Source: a phage. From it: DNA of 42,499 nt. The notes beneath the pieces were generated by a model that saw only the letters and a program-made list of their open reading frames with translations, searched no databases and was not told the origin of the DNA. Below, piece after piece: positions 1 through 14,159 of this stretch; positions within the stretch are counted from its first letter, which is position 1, and every line of letters begins with the position of its first letter. The translations under genes and the position numbers were made by a program. Location: the sequence record OZ418230.1, one strand, 5' to 3'.

Positions 1-190
1 GGGGCGGCGACCTCGCGGGTTTTCGCTATTTATGAAAATTTTCCGGTTTAAGGTGTTTCCGTTCTTCTTCGTCGTAACTTAATGTATTTATTTAAAATAC
101 CCCCTGAAAAGAAAGGAAACGACAGGTGCTGAAAGCGAGCTTTTTGGCCTCTGTCGTTTCCTTTCTCTGTTTTTGTCCGTGGAATGAGCA
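1..190. other. cos: cos region: left cohesive end (gggcggcgacct at 2..13) and terminase-binding region (cosB) upstream of Nu1
   Basis: First ~190 bp match the remembered lambda left-end sequence almost base for base; Nu1 starts at 191. Confidence 0.85.
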
Positions 191-710
191 ATGGAAGTCA
201 ACAAAAAGCAGCTGGCTGACATTTTCGGTGCGAGTATCCGTACCATTCAGAACTGGCAGGAACAGGGAATGCCCGTTCTGCGAGGCGGTGGCAAGGGTAA
301 TGAGGTGCTTTATGACTCTGCCGCCGTCATAAAATGGTATGCCGAAAGGGATTCTGAAATTGAGAACGAAAAGCTGCGCCGGGAGGTTGAAGAACTGCGG
401 CAGGCCAGCGAGGCAGATCTCCAGCCAGGAACTATTGAGTACGAACGCCATCGACTTACGCGTGCGCAGGCCGACGCACAGGAACTGAAGAATGCCAGAG
501 ACTCCGCTGAAGTGGTGGAAACCGCATTCTGTACTTTCGTGCTGTCGCGGATCGCAGGTGAAATTGCCAGTATTCTCGACGGGATCCCCCTGTCGGTGCA
601 GCGGCGTTTTCCGGAACTGGAAAACCGACATGTTGATTTCCTGAAACGGGATATCATCAAAGCCATGAACAAAGCAGCCGCGCTGGATGAACTGATACCG
701 GGGTTGCTGA

Positions 711-736
<26 letters not shown>
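191..736 (+). CDS. nu1: terminase small subunit
   Basis: 181-aa ORF, translation matches lambda Nu1 (MEVNKKQLADIFGASIRTIQNWQEQGMPV...) from memory; first gene after cos. Confidence 0.95.
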
Positions 737-4417
<3,681 letters not shown>

Positions 4418-4437
<20 letters not shown>

Positions 4438-5749
4438 TCTCCCGCATATTGCCAGCATGGCCTTTAATGAGCCGCTGATGCTTGAACCCGCCTATGCGCG
4501 GGTTTTCTTTTGTGCGCTTGCAGGCCAGCTTGGGATCAGCCGCCTGACGGATGCAGTATCCGGCGACAGCCTGACTGCCGGAGAGGCACCCGCGGCGCTG
4601 GCGTTATCCGGTGATGATGACGGACCACGACAGGCCCGCAGTTATCAGGTCATGAACGGCATCGCCGTGCTGCCGGTGTCCGGTACGCTGGTCAGCCGGA
4701 CGCGGGCGCTGCAGCCGTATTCGGGAATGACCGGTTACAATGGCATTATCGCCCGTCTGCAACAGGCTGCCAGCGATCCGATGGTGGACGGCATTCTGCT
4801 CGATATGGACACACCGGGCGGGATGGTGGCGGGAGCATTTGACTGTGCTGACATCATCGCCCGTGTGCGAGACATAAAACCGGTATGGGCGCTGGCCAAC
4901 GACATGAACTGCAGTGCAGGTCAGCTGCTTGCCAGCGCCGCCTCCCGGCGTCTGGTCACGCAGACTGCCCGGACAGGCTCCATCGGCGTCATGATGGCTC
5001 ACAGTAATTACGGTGCTGCCCTGGAGAAACAGGGCGTGGAAATCACGCTGATTTACAGCGGCAGCCATAAGGTGGATGGCAATCCCTACAGCCATCTTCC
5101 GGATGACGTCCGGGAGACACTGCAGTCCCGGATGGACGCAACCCGCCAGATGTTTGCGCAGAAGGTGTCGGCATATACCGGCCTGTCTGTGCAGGCTGTG
5201 CTGGATACCGAGGCTGCAGTGTACAGCGGTCAGGAGGCCATTGATGCCGGACTGGCTGATGAACTTGTTAACAGCACCGATGCGATCACCGTCATGCGTG
5301 ATGCACTGGATGCACGTAAATCCCGTCTCTCAGGAGGGCGAATGACCAAAGAGACTCAATCAACAACTGTTTCAGCCACTGCTTCGCAGGCTGACATCAC
5401 CACCGTGGAGCCTGCGAAGGAGGGCGAAAACGCCAGCGCGGCGCAGCCGGATGTGAACGCACAGATCACCGCAGCGGTTGCGGCAGAAAACAGCCGCATT
5501 ATGGGGATCCTCAACTGTGAGGAGGCTCACGGACGCGAAGAACAGGCGCGCGTTCTGGCAGAAACCCCCGGAATGACCGTGGAAACGGCCCGCCGCATTC
5601 TGGCCGCAGCACCACAGAGTGCACAGGCGCGCAGTGACACTGCGCTGGATCGTCTGATGCAGGGTGCACCGGCACCGCTGGCTGCAGGTAACCTGGCATC
5701 TGATACCAATAAAGAATTACTTAATACACCTGAAGCTTTACCGGTATAA
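4418..5749 (+). CDS. C: head maturation protease / scaffold fusion (gpC)
   Basis: Lambda C begins VTAELRNLPHIASMAF... with GTG at 4418, in frame with the track ORF 4304..5749; upstream extension not used. Confidence 0.88.
5132..5749 (+). CDS. nu3: scaffolding protein Nu3 (nested in-frame in C)
   Basis: Internal in-frame ATG (MDATRQMF...) at the position corresponding to lambda Nu3 start. Confidence 0.7.
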   Translation: MDATRQMFAQKVSAYTGLSVQAVLDTEAAVYSGQEAIDAGLADELVNSTDAITVMRDALDARKSRLSGGRMTKETQSTTVSATASQADITTVEPAKEGENASAAQPDVNAQITAAVAAENSRIMGILNCEEAHGREEQARVLAETPGMTVETARRILAAAPQSAQARSDTALDRLMQGAPAPLAAGNLASDTNKELLNTPEALPV

Positions 5750-5758
5750 GAGGCAGTT

Positions 5759-6091
5759 ATGGCGACAAAAGAAGAGTTTAACCATTACCAGCCGCTGGGT
5801 AACAGTGATCCGGCTCATACAGCAATTGCGCCTGGCGGATTGAGTGCGAAAACGCCTGCAATGACCCCACTGATGCTGGATGGCACTACCCGTAAGCTGG
5901 TTGTGTGGGATGGCACCACCGACGGTGCAGCCGTTGGCATTCTGGCGGTTGCTGCTGACCAGACCAGCACCACACTGACGTTCTACAAGTCCGGCTCGTT
6001 CCGTTATGAGGATGTGCTCTGGCCGGAGGCTGCCAGCGACGAGACGAAAAAACGGACCGCGTTTGCCGGAACGGCAATCAGCATCGTTTAA
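5759..6091 (+). CDS. D: head decoration protein D
   Basis: 110 aa, matches lambda gpD. Confidence 0.95.
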   Translation: MATKEEFNHYQPLGNSDPAHTAIAPGGLSAKTPAMTPLMLDGTTRKLVVWDGTTDGAAVGILAVAADQTSTTLTFYKSGSFRYEDVLWPEAASDETKKRTAFAGTAISIV

Positions 6092-6146
6092 TCTTCCCCT
6101 TCATCAACAAAGGCCGCCTGTGCGGCTTTTTTTATGGAAATAATTT

Positions 6147-7172
6147 ATGTCTGTATATACAACTGCAGAATTACTGGCATCGACCCAGCATCACTTTAAG
6201 TTCGATCCGCTGTTTCTGCGCCTGTTTTTCCGTGAAACCTATCCTTTCACCACGGAGAAAGTCTATCTCTCACAAATTCCGGGACTGGTAAACATGGCGC
6301 TGTACGTTTCGCCGATTGTTTCCGGTGAGGTTATCCGATCCCGTGGCGGCTCCACCTCTGAATTTACGCCGGGTTATGTCAAACCCAAGCATGAGGTGAA
6401 TCCGCAGATGACCCTGCGTCGCCTGCCGGATGAAGAACCGCAGAACCTGGCTGACCCGGCTTACCGTCGTCGCCGTATTATTCGGCAGAATATGCTGGAT
6501 GAAAATCTGGCGATTGCCCAGGTCGAAGAGATGCAGGCAGTTTCTGCCGTGCTTAAGGGCAAATACACCATGACCGGTGAAGCCTTCGATCCGGTTGAGG
6601 TGGATATGGGCCGCAGTGAGGCGAATAACATCACGCAGTCCGGCGGCACGGAGTGGAGCAAGCGTGACAAGTCCACGTATGATCCGACCGACGATATCGA
6701 AGCCTACGCGCTGAACGCCAGCGGAGTGGTGAATATCATCGTGTTTGATCCGAAAGGCTGGGCGCTGTTCCGTTCCTTCAAAGCCGTCAGGGAGAAGCTG
6801 GATACTCGTCGCGGCTCTCATTCCGAGCTGGAGACAGCGGTGAAAGACCTGGGCAAAGCGGTGTCCTACAAGGGGATGTATGGCGATGTGGCCATCGTCG
6901 TGTATTCCGGACAGTACGTGGAAAACGGCGTCAAAAAGAACTTCCTGCCGGACAACACGATGGTGCTGGGGAACACTCAGGCACGCGGTCTGCGCACCTA
7001 TGGCTGCATTCAGGATGCGGACGCACAGCGCGAAGGCATTAACTCCTCTGCCCGTTACCCGAAAAACTGGGTGACCACCGGCGATCCGGCGCGTGAGTTC
7101 ACCATGATTCAGTCAGCACCGCTGATGCTGCTGGCTGACCCTGATGAGTTCGTGTCCGTACAACTGGCGTAA
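6147..7172 (+). CDS. E: major capsid protein E
   Basis: 341 aa, matches lambda gpE. Confidence 0.95.
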   Translation: MSVYTTAELLASTQHHFKFDPLFLRLFFRETYPFTTEKVYLSQIPGLVNMALYVSPIVSGEVIRSRGGSTSEFTPGYVKPKHEVNPQMTLRRLPDEEPQNLADPAYRRRRIIRQNMLDENLAIAQVEEMQAVSAVLKGKYTMTGEAFDPVEVDMGRSEANNITQSGGTEWSKRDKSTYDPTDDIEAYALNASGVVNIIVFDPKGWALFRSFKAVREKLDTRRGSHSELETAVKDLGKAVSYKGMYGDVAIVVYSGQYVENGVKKNFLPDNTMVLGNTQARGLRTYGCIQDADAQREGINSSARYPKNWVTTGDPAREFTMIQSAPLMLLADPDEFVSVQLA

Positions 7173-7213
7173 TCGTGGCCCTTCGGGGCCATTTTCTCTA
7201 TGTGGAGGAGTCC

Positions 7214-7609
7214 ATGACGAAAGGTGAACTGATTGTCCGTCTCCGGTCGCTGGGTGAGCAACTGAACCGTGATGTCAGCCTGACGGGGACGAAAGAAGAA
7301 CTGGCGCTCCGTGTGGCAGAGCTGGAAGAGGAGCTTGATGACACGGATGACGCTGCCGGTCAGGATACCCCTCTCAGACCGGAAAATGCGCTGACCGGAC
7401 ATGAAAATGAGGTGGTATCAGCGCAGCCGGATACCATGATTGATACGGCTGCTCTGGTCACGGTCGTGGCACTGGTGACGCTGCATACTGATGCACTTCA
7501 CGCCACGCGGGATGAACCTGTGGCATTTGTGCTGCCGGGAACGGCGTTTCGTGTCTCTGCCGGTGTGGCAGCCGAAATGACAGAACGTGGCCTGGCCAGA
7601 ATGCAATAA
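7214..7609 (+). CDS. FI: DNA packaging protein FI
   Basis: Starts MTKGELIVRLRSLGEQLNRD... as lambda FI; ATG at 7214 in frame with track ORF 7175..7609. Confidence 0.85.
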   Translation: MTKGELIVRLRSLGEQLNRDVSLTGTKEELALRVAELEEELDDTDDAAGQDTPLRPENALTGHENEVVSAQPDTMIDTAALVTVVALVTLHTDALHATRDEPVAFVLPGTAFRVSAGVAAEMTERGLARMQ

Positions 7610-7620
7610 CGGGAGGCGCT

Positions 7621-7974
7621 GTGGCTGATTTCGATAACCTGTTCGATGCTGCCATTGCCCGCGCCGATGAAACGATACGCGGGTACATGGGAACGTCAGC
7701 CACCATGACATCCGGTGAGCAGTCCGGCGCAGTAATACGTGGTGTTTTTGATGACCCTGAAAATATCAGCTATGCCGGACAGGGCGTACGCGTTGAAGGC
7801 TCCAGCCCGTCCCTGTTTGTCCGGACTGATGATGTGCGGCAGCTGCGGCGCGGCGACACGCTGACCATCGGTGAGGAAAACTTCTGGATAGACCGGATTT
7901 CGCCGGATGATGGTGGAAGCTGTCATCTCTGGCTTGGGCGGGGCGTACCGCCTGCCGTTAACCGTCGCCGCTGA
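7621..7974 (+). CDS. FII: head-tail connector FII
   Basis: 117 aa, GTG start, matches lambda FII. Confidence 0.9.
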   Translation: MADFDNLFDAAIARADETIRGYMGTSATMTSGEQSGAVIRGVFDDPENISYAGQGVRVEGSSPSLFVRTDDVRQLRRGDTLTIGEENFWIDRISPDDGGSCHLWLGRGVPPAVNRRR

Positions 7975-7985
7975 AAGGGGGATGT

Positions 7986-8564
7986 ATGGCCATAAAAGGT
8001 CTTGAGCAGGCCGTTGAAAACCTCAGCCGTATCAGCAGAACGGCGGTGCCTGGTGCCGCCGCAATGGCCATTAACCGCGTTGCTTCATCCGCGATATCGC
8101 AGTCGGCGTCACAGGTTGCCCGTGAGACAAAGGTACGCCGGAAACTGGTAAAGGAAAGGGCCAGGCTGAAAAGGGCCACGGTCAAAAATCCGCAGGCCAG
8201 AATCAGGGTTAACCGGGGGGATTTGCCCGTAATAAAGCTGGGTAACGCGCGGATTGTCCTGTCCCGACGCAGGCGTCGTAAAAAGGGGCAGCGTTCAGCC
8301 CTGAAAGGTGGCGGCAGCGTGCTTGTGGTGGGAAACCGTCGTATTCCCGGCGCGTTTATTCAGCAACTGAAAAATGGCCGCTGGCATGTTATGCAGCGTG
8401 TGGCCGGGAAAAATCGTTACCCCATTGATGTGGTGAAAATTCCGATGGCGGTGCCGCTGACCACGGCGTTTAAACAGAATATTGAGCGGATACGGCGTGA
8501 GCGTCTTCCGAAAGAGCTGGGCTATGCGCTGCAGCATCAACTGAGGATGGTAATAAAGCGATGA
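7986..8564 (+). CDS. Z: tail completion protein Z
   Basis: 192 aa, lambda gpZ-like. Confidence 0.9.
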   Translation: MAIKGLEQAVENLSRISRTAVPGAAAMAINRVASSAISQSASQVARETKVRRKLVKERARLKRATVKNPQARIRVNRGDLPVIKLGNARIVLSRRRRRKKGQRSALKGGGSVLVVGNRRIPGAFIQQLKNGRWHVMQRVAGKNRYPIDVVKIPMAVPLTTAFKQNIERIRRERLPKELGYALQHQLRMVIKR

Positions 8565-8956
8565 AACATACTGAACTCCGTGCAGCCGTACTGGATGCAC
8601 TGGAGAAGCATGACACCGGGGCGACGTTTTTTGATGGTCGCCCCGCTGTTTTTGATGAGGCGGATTTTCCGGCAGTTGCCGTTTATCTCACCGGCGCTGA
8701 ATACACGGGCGAAGAGCTGGACAGCGATACCTGGCAGGCGGAGCTGCATATTGAAGTTTTCCTGCCTGCTCAGGTGCCGGATTCAGAGCTGGATTCGTGG
8801 ATGGAGTCCCGGATTTATCCGGTGATGAGCGATATCCCGGCACTGTCAGATTTGATCACCAGTATGGTGGCCAGTGGCTATGACTACCGGCGCGACGATG
8901 ATGCGGGCCTGTGGAGTTCAGCCGATCTGACTTATGTCATTACCTATGAAATGTGA
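8561..8956 (+). CDS. U: tail terminator protein U
   Basis: 131 aa, ATGA overlap with Z, lambda gpU-like. Confidence 0.9.
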   Translation: MKHTELRAAVLDALEKHDTGATFFDGRPAVFDEADFPAVAVYLTGAEYTGEELDSDTWQAELHIEVFLPAQVPDSELDSWMESRIYPVMSDIPALSDLITSMVASGYDYRRDDDAGLWSSADLTYVITYEM

Positions 8957-8963
8957 GGACGAT

Positions 8964-9704
8964 ATGCCAACACCAAATCCTCTGGCACCGGTGAAAGGGG
9001 CCGGGACCACACTGTGGGTTTATAAGGGGAACGGTGACCCTTATGCGAACCCGCTTTCAGACGTTGACTGGTCGCGTCTGGCTAAAGTTAAAGACCTGAC
9101 GCCCGGCGAACTGACCGCTGAGTCCTATGACGACAGTTATCTCGATGATGAAGATGCGGACTGGACCGCGACCGGACAGGGGCAGAAATCTGCCGGAGAT
9201 ACCAGCTTCACGCTGGCGTGGATGCCCGGAGAGCAGGGGCAGCAGGCGCTGCTGGCGTGGTTTAATGAAGGGGATACCCGAGCCTATAAAATCCGCTTCC
9301 CGAACGGCACGGTCGATGTGTTCCGCGGCTGGGTCAGCAGTATCGGTAAGGCGGTGACGGCGAAGGAAGTGATCACCCGCACGGTGAAGGTCACCAATGT
9401 GGGCCGTCCGTCGATGGCAGAAGATCGCAGCACGGTGACGGCGACAACCGGCATGACGGTGACACCCGCCAGTGCTTCCGTAGTGAAAGGGCAGAGCACC
9501 ACGCTGACCGTGGCATTCCAGCCGGAGGGCGCAACCGACAAGAGCTTCCGTGCGGTGTCTGCGGATAAAACAAAAGCCACCGTGTCGGTCAGTGGTATGA
9601 CCATCACCGTGAAAGGTGTTGCTGCAGGCAAGGTCAACATTCCGGTCGTATCCGGTAATGGTGAGTTTGCTGCGGTTGCAGAAATCAACGTCACCGCCAG
9701 TTAA
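8964..9704 (+). CDS. V: major tail tube protein V
   Basis: 246 aa from [20 protein letters not shown]...; lambda gpV including C-terminal Ig-like domain. Confidence 0.9.
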   Translation: MPTPNPLAPVKGAGTTLWVYKGNGDPYANPLSDVDWSRLAKVKDLTPGELTAESYDDSYLDDEDADWTATGQGQKSAGDTSFTLAWMPGEQGQQALLAWFNEGDTRAYKIRFPNGTVDVFRGWVSSIGKAVTAKEVITRTVKVTNVGRPSMAEDRSTVTATTGMTVTPASASVVKGQSTTLTVAFQPEGATDKSFRAVSADKTKATVSVSGMTITVKGVAAGKVNIPVVSGNGEFAAVAEINVTAS

Positions 9705-9719
9705 TCCGGAGAGTCAGCG

Positions 9720-10142
9720 ATGTTCCTGAAAACCGAATCATTTGAACATAACGGTGTGACCGTCACGCTTTCTGAACTGTCAGCCCTGCAGCGTATTGAG
9801 CATCTCGCCCTGATGAAACGGCAGGCAGAACAGGCGGAGTCAGACAGCAACCGGAAGTTTACTGTGGAAGACGCCATCAGAACCGGCGCGTTTCTGGTGG
9901 CGATGTCCCTGTGGCATAACCATCCGAAGAAGACAAAGCTGCCTTCCATGAATGAAGCCGTTAAACAGATTGAGCAGGAAGTGCTTACCACCTGGCCCAC
10001 AGAGGCAATTTCTCATGCTGAAAACGTGGTGTACCGGCTGTCCGGTATGTATGAGTTTGTGGTGAATGATGCCCCTGAACAGGCAGAGGACGCCGGGTCT
10101 GCAGAGCCTGTTTCTGCGGGAAAGTGTTCGACGGTGAGCTGA
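9720..10142 (+). CDS. G: tail assembly chaperone G
   Basis: 140 aa, lambda gpG-like; contains slippery site near 3' end. Confidence 0.9.
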   Translation: MFLKTESFEHNGVTVTLSELSALQRIEHLALMKRQAEQAESDSNRKFTVEDAIRTGAFLVAMSLWHNHPKKTKLPSMNEAVKQIEQEVLTTWPTEAISHAENVVYRLSGMYEFVVNDAPEQAEDAGSAEPVSAGKCSTVS

Positions 10143-10558
10143 GTTTTGCCCTGAAACTGGCGCGTGAGATGGGGCGACCTGACTGGCGCGCCATGCTTGC
10201 CGGGATGTCATCCACAGAGTATGCCGACTGGCACCGCTTTTACAGTACCCATTATTTTCATGATGTTCTGCTGGATATGCACTTTTCCGGGCTGACGTAC
10301 ACCGTGCTCAGCCTGTTTTTCAGCGATCCGGATATGCATCCGCTGGATTTCAGTCTGCTGAACCGGCGTGAGGCTGACGAAGAGCCTGAAGATGATGTGC
10401 TGATGCAGAAAGCGGCAGGGCTTGCCGGAGGCGTCCGCTTTGCCCCGGACGGAAATGAAGTTATCCCCGCTTCCCCGGATATGGCGGGCATGACGGAGGA
10501 TGACGTAATGCTGATGACAGTATCAGAAGGGATCGCAGGAGGAGTCCGGTATGGCTGA
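10124..10558 (+). CDS. T: T portion of the G-T tail assembly chaperone (made by -1 frameshift from G)
   Basis: ORF in -1 frame relative to G, beginning at the slippery heptamer G GGA AAG (10118..10124); lambda gpT-like. Confidence 0.85.
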   Translation: MFDGELSFALKLAREMGRPDWRAMLAGMSSTEYADWHRFYSTHYFHDVLLDMHFSGLTYTVLSLFFSDPDMHPLDFSLLNRREADEEPEDDVLMQKAAGLAGGVRFAPDGNEVIPASPDMAGMTEDDVMLMTVSEGIAGGVRYG

Positions 10559-13130
10559 ACCGGTAGGCGATCTGGTCGTTGATTTAAGTCTGGATGCGGC
10601 CAGATTTGACGAGCAGATGGCCAGAGTCAGGCGTCATTTTTCCGGTACGGAAAGTGATGCGAAAAAAACAGCGGCAGTCGTTGAACAGTCGCTGAGCCGA
10701 CAGGCGCTGGCTGCACAGAAAGCGGGGATTTCCGTCGGGCAGTATAAAGCTGCCATGCGTATGCTGCCTGCGCAGTTCACTGACGTGGCCACGCAGCTTG
10801 CAGGCGGGCAAAGTCCGTGGCTGATCCTGCTGCAACAGGGTGGTCAGGTGAAGGACTCCTTCGGCGGGATGATCCCCATGTTCAGGGGGCTTGCCGGTGC
10901 GATCACCCTGCCGATGGTCGGGGCCACCTCGCTGGCGGTGGCGACCGGTGCGCTGGCGTATGCCTGGTATCAGGGCAACTCAACCCTGTCCGATTTCAAT
11001 AAAACGCTGGTCCTTTCCGGTAATCAGGCGGGACTGACGGCAGATCGTATGCTGGCCCTGTCCAGATCCGGGCAGGCGGCAGGGCTGACGTTTAACCAGA
11101 CCAGCGAGTCACTGACGGCGCTGGTGAATGCCGGTGTGCGTGGTGGTGAGCAGTTTGAGGCAATCAGCCAGAGTGTGGCGCGTTTCTCCTCTGCATCCGG
11201 CGTGGAGGTGGACAAGGTCGCTGAAGCCTTCGGGAAGCTGACCACTGACCCGACGTCTGGGTTGACGGCGATGGCGCGCCAGTTCCATAACGTGACGGCG
11301 GAACAGATTGCGTATGTTGCTCAGTTGCAGCGTTCCGGCGATGGGGCCGGGGCATTGCAGGCGGCGAACGAGGCCGCAACGAAAGGGTTTGATGACCAGA
11401 CCCGTAAACTGAAAGATAACATGGGTACGCTGGAGACCTGGGCAGACAAGACTGCACAGGCATTCAAATCCATGTGGGATGCGGTGCTGGATATTGGTCG
11501 CCCGGACTCCTCTGCAGATATGCTCGCCAAAGCTGAAAAGGCTTTTGATGAAGCGGATAAAAAATGGCAGTGGTATCAGAGCCGAAGCCACCGGCGCGGT
11601 AAAACGTCAGCATTTCTTGCCAATCTCCGGGGGGCATGGGAGAAGAGAGAGAATGCGCGACTTGGGCTTTCAGCCGCCACGTTGCAGGCAGATCTTGAAA
11701 AGGCCAGTGAGATGGCAGCAAAAGATCGGGCCGAGTCTGAGGCATCACGGCTGAAATATACCGAAGAGGCGCAGAAGGCTTACGAACGCCTGCAGACACC
11801 GCTGGAGAAATATACCGCCCGCCAGGAGGAACTGAATAAGGCACTGAAAGACGGAAAAATCCTGCAGGCAGATTACAACACGCTGATGGCGGCGGCGAAA
11901 AAGGACTATGAAGCGACGCTGAAAAAGCCGAAGCAGTCCGGCGTGAAAGTGTCTGCGGGCGATCGTCAGGAAGACAGTGCTCATGCTGCCCTGCTGACGC
12001 TTCAGGCAGAACTCCGGACGCTGGAGAAGCATGCCGGAGCGAATGAGAAAATCAGCCAGCAGCGCCGGGATTTGTGGAAGGCAGAAAGTCAGTTCGCGGT
12101 ACTGGAGGAGGCGGCACAACGTCGCCAGCTGTCCGCACAGGAGAAATCCCTGCTGGCGCATAAAGACGAGACGCTGGAGTACAAACGCCAGCTGGCTGTA
12201 CTTGGCGACAAGGTCACCTATCAGGAGCACCTGAACGCGCTGGCGCAGCAGGCGGATAAGTTCGCACAGCAACAACGGGCAAAACGGGCCGCCATTGATG
12301 CAAAAAAACGGGGGCTGACTGACCGGCAGGCAGCGCGGGAAGCCACGGAACAGCGCCTGAAGGAACAGTATGGCGATAATCCGCTGGCGCTGAATAACGT
12401 CATGTCAGAGCAGAAAAAGACCTGGGCGGCTGAAGACCAGCTTCGCGGGAGCTGGATGGCAGGCCTGAAGTCCGGCTGGAGTGAGTGGGAAGAGAGCGCC
12501 ACGGACAGTATGTCGCAGGTTAAAAGTGCTGCCACGCAGACCTTTGATGGTATTGCACAGAATATGGCGGCGATGCTGACCGGCAGTGAGCAGAACTGGC
12601 GCAGCTTCACCCGTTCCGTGCTGTCCATGATGACAGAAATTCTGCTTAAGCAGGCAATGGTGGGGATTGTCGGGAGTATCGGCAGCGCCATTGGCGGGGC
12701 TGTTGGTGGCGGCGCGTCCGCGTCAGGCGGTACAGCCATTCAGGCCGCTGCGGCGAAATTCCATTTTGCAACCGGAGGATTTACGGGAACCGGCGGCAAA
12801 TATGAGCCAGCGGGGATTGTTCACCGCGGTGAATTTGTCTTCACGAAGGAGGCAACCAGCCGGATTGGCGTGGGGAATCTCTACCGGCTGATGCGCGGCT
12901 ATGCCACCGGTGGTTATGTCGGTACACCGGGCAGCATGGCGGACAGCCGGTCGCAGGCGTCCGGGAAGTTTGAGCAGAATAACCATGTGGTGATTAACAA
13001 CGACGGCACGAACGGTCAGATAGGGCCACAGGCGCTGAAGGCGGTTTATGACGTAGCCCGTAAGGCGGCAATGGATGTTGTGACCGGGCAGATGCGTGAT
13101 GGTGGTCTGTTCTCCGGAGGTGGACGATGA
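10551..13130 (+). CDS. H: tail tape measure protein H
   Basis: 859 aa, lambda gpH-like (lambda 853 aa). Confidence 0.95.
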   Translation: MAEPVGDLVVDLSLDAARFDEQMARVRRHFSGTESDAKKTAAVVEQSLSRQALAAQKAGISVGQYKAAMRMLPAQFTDVATQLAGGQSPWLILLQQGGQVKDSFGGMIPMFRGLAGAITLPMVGATSLAVATGALAYAWYQGNSTLSDFNKTLVLSGNQAGLTADRMLALSRSGQAAGLTFNQTSESLTALVNAGVRGGEQFEAISQSVARFSSASGVEVDKVAEAFGKLTTDPTSGLTAMARQFHNVTAEQIAYVAQLQRSGDGAGALQAANEAATKGFDDQTRKLKDNMGTLETWADKTAQAFKSMWDAVLDIGRPDSSADMLAKAEKAFDEADKKWQWYQSRSHRRGKTSAFLANLRGAWEKRENARLGLSAATLQADLEKASEMAAKDRAESEASRLKYTEEAQKAYERLQTPLEKYTARQEELNKALKDGKILQADYNTLMAAAKKDYEATLKKPKQSGVKVSAGDRQEDSAHAALLTLQAELRTLEKHAGANEKISQQRRDLWKAESQFAVLEEAAQRRQLSAQEKSLLAHKDETLEYKRQLAVLGDKVTYQEHLNALAQQADKFAQQQRAKRAAIDAKKRGLTDRQAAREATEQRLKEQYGDNPLALNNVMSEQKKTWAAEDQLRGSWMAGLKSGWSEWEESATDSMSQVKSAATQTFDGIAQNMAAMLTGSEQNWRSFTRSVLSMMTEILLKQAMVGIVGSIGSAIGGAVGGGASASGGTAIQAAAAKFHFATGGFTGTGGKYEPAGIVHRGEFVFTKEATSRIGVGNLYRLMRGYATGGYVGTPGSMADSRSQASGKFEQNNHVVINNDGTNGQIGPQALKAVYDVARKAAMDVVTGQMRDGGLFSGGGR

Positions 13131-13456
13131 AAACCTTCCGCTGGAAAGTGAAACCGGGTATGGATGTGGCTTCGACTCCTTCCGTCAGGGAGGTGCGCTT
13201 TGGTGATGGTTACTCCCAGCGCGCGCCTGCCGGGCTGAATGCCAACCTGAAAACGTACAGCGTGACGCTTTCTGTCCCCCGTTGGGAGGCCACGGCGCTG
13301 GAATCGTTTCTGGCAGAGCACGGAGGCTGGAAAGCCTTTCTGTGGACGCCGCCTTATGACTGGCGGCAGATAAAGGTGATCTGCGCAAAATGGACGTCGC
13401 GGGTCAGTATGCTGCGTGTTGAGTTCAGCGCAGAGTTTAAACAGGTGGTGAACTGA
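13127..13456 (+). CDS. M: tail tip protein M
   Basis: 109 aa, lambda gpM. Confidence 0.9.
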   Translation: MKTFRWKVKPGMDVASTPSVREVRFGDGYSQRAPAGLNANLKTYSVTLSVPRWEATALESFLAEHGGWKAFLWTPPYDWRQIKVICAKWTSRVSMLRVEFSAEFKQVVN

Positions 13457-14154
13457 TGCAGGATATCCGGCAGGAAACACTGAATGAATGCACCCGTGCG
13501 GAGCAGTCGGCCAGCGTGGTGCTCTGGGAAATCGATCTGACAGAGGTCGGTGGTGAACGTTATTTTTTCTGTAATGAGCAGAACGAAAAAGGTGAGCCGG
13601 TTACCTGGCAGGGGCGGCAGTATCTGGCGTATCCCATTCAGGGGAGTGGTTTTGAACTGAATGGCAAAGGCACCAGTACGCGCCCCACGCTGGCAGTCTC
13701 TAACCTGTACGGTATGGTCACCGGGATGGCGGAAGATCTGCAGAGTCTGGTCGGCGGAACGGTGGTCAGGCGTAAGGTTTACGCCCGTTTTCTGGATGCG
13801 GTGAACTTCGTCAACGGAAACAGTGACGCCGATCCGGAGCAGGAGGTGATCAGCCGCTGGCGCATCGAGCAGTGCAGCGAACTGAGCGCGGTCAGTGCCT
13901 CCTTTGTGTTGTCCACACCAACGGAAACGGATGGTGCTGTTTTTCCGGGGCGCATCATGCTGGCCAACACCTGCACCTGGACCTATCGCGGTGATGAGTG
14001 CGGTTATAACGGTCCGGCTGTCGCGGATGAATATGACCAGCCGACGTCCGATATCACGAAGGATAAATGCAGCAAATGCCTGAGCGGCTGTAAGTTTCGC
14101 AATAACGTCGGCAACTTTGGCGGCTTCCTTTCCATTAACAAACTTTCGCAGTAA
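13456..14154 (+). CDS. L: tail tip protein L
   Basis: 232 aa, lambda gpL (MQDIRQETLNECTRAEQSASVV...). Confidence 0.95.
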   Translation: MQDIRQETLNECTRAEQSASVVLWEIDLTEVGGERYFFCNEQNEKGEPVTWQGRQYLAYPIQGSGFELNGKGTSTRPTLAVSNLYGMVTGMAEDLQSLVGGTVVRRKVYARFLDAVNFVNGNSDADPEQEVISRWRIEQCSELSAVSASFVLSTPTETDGAVFPGRIMLANTCTWTYRGDECGYNGPAVADEYDQPTSDITKDKCSKCLSGCKFRNNVGNFGGFLSINKLSQ

Positions 14155-14159
14155 ATCCC

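Noticed and set aside
11109-12739. Several minus-strand ORFs of 99 to 176 aa inside H
   Set aside because: Antisense to the tape measure gene; typical GC-rich shadow frames.
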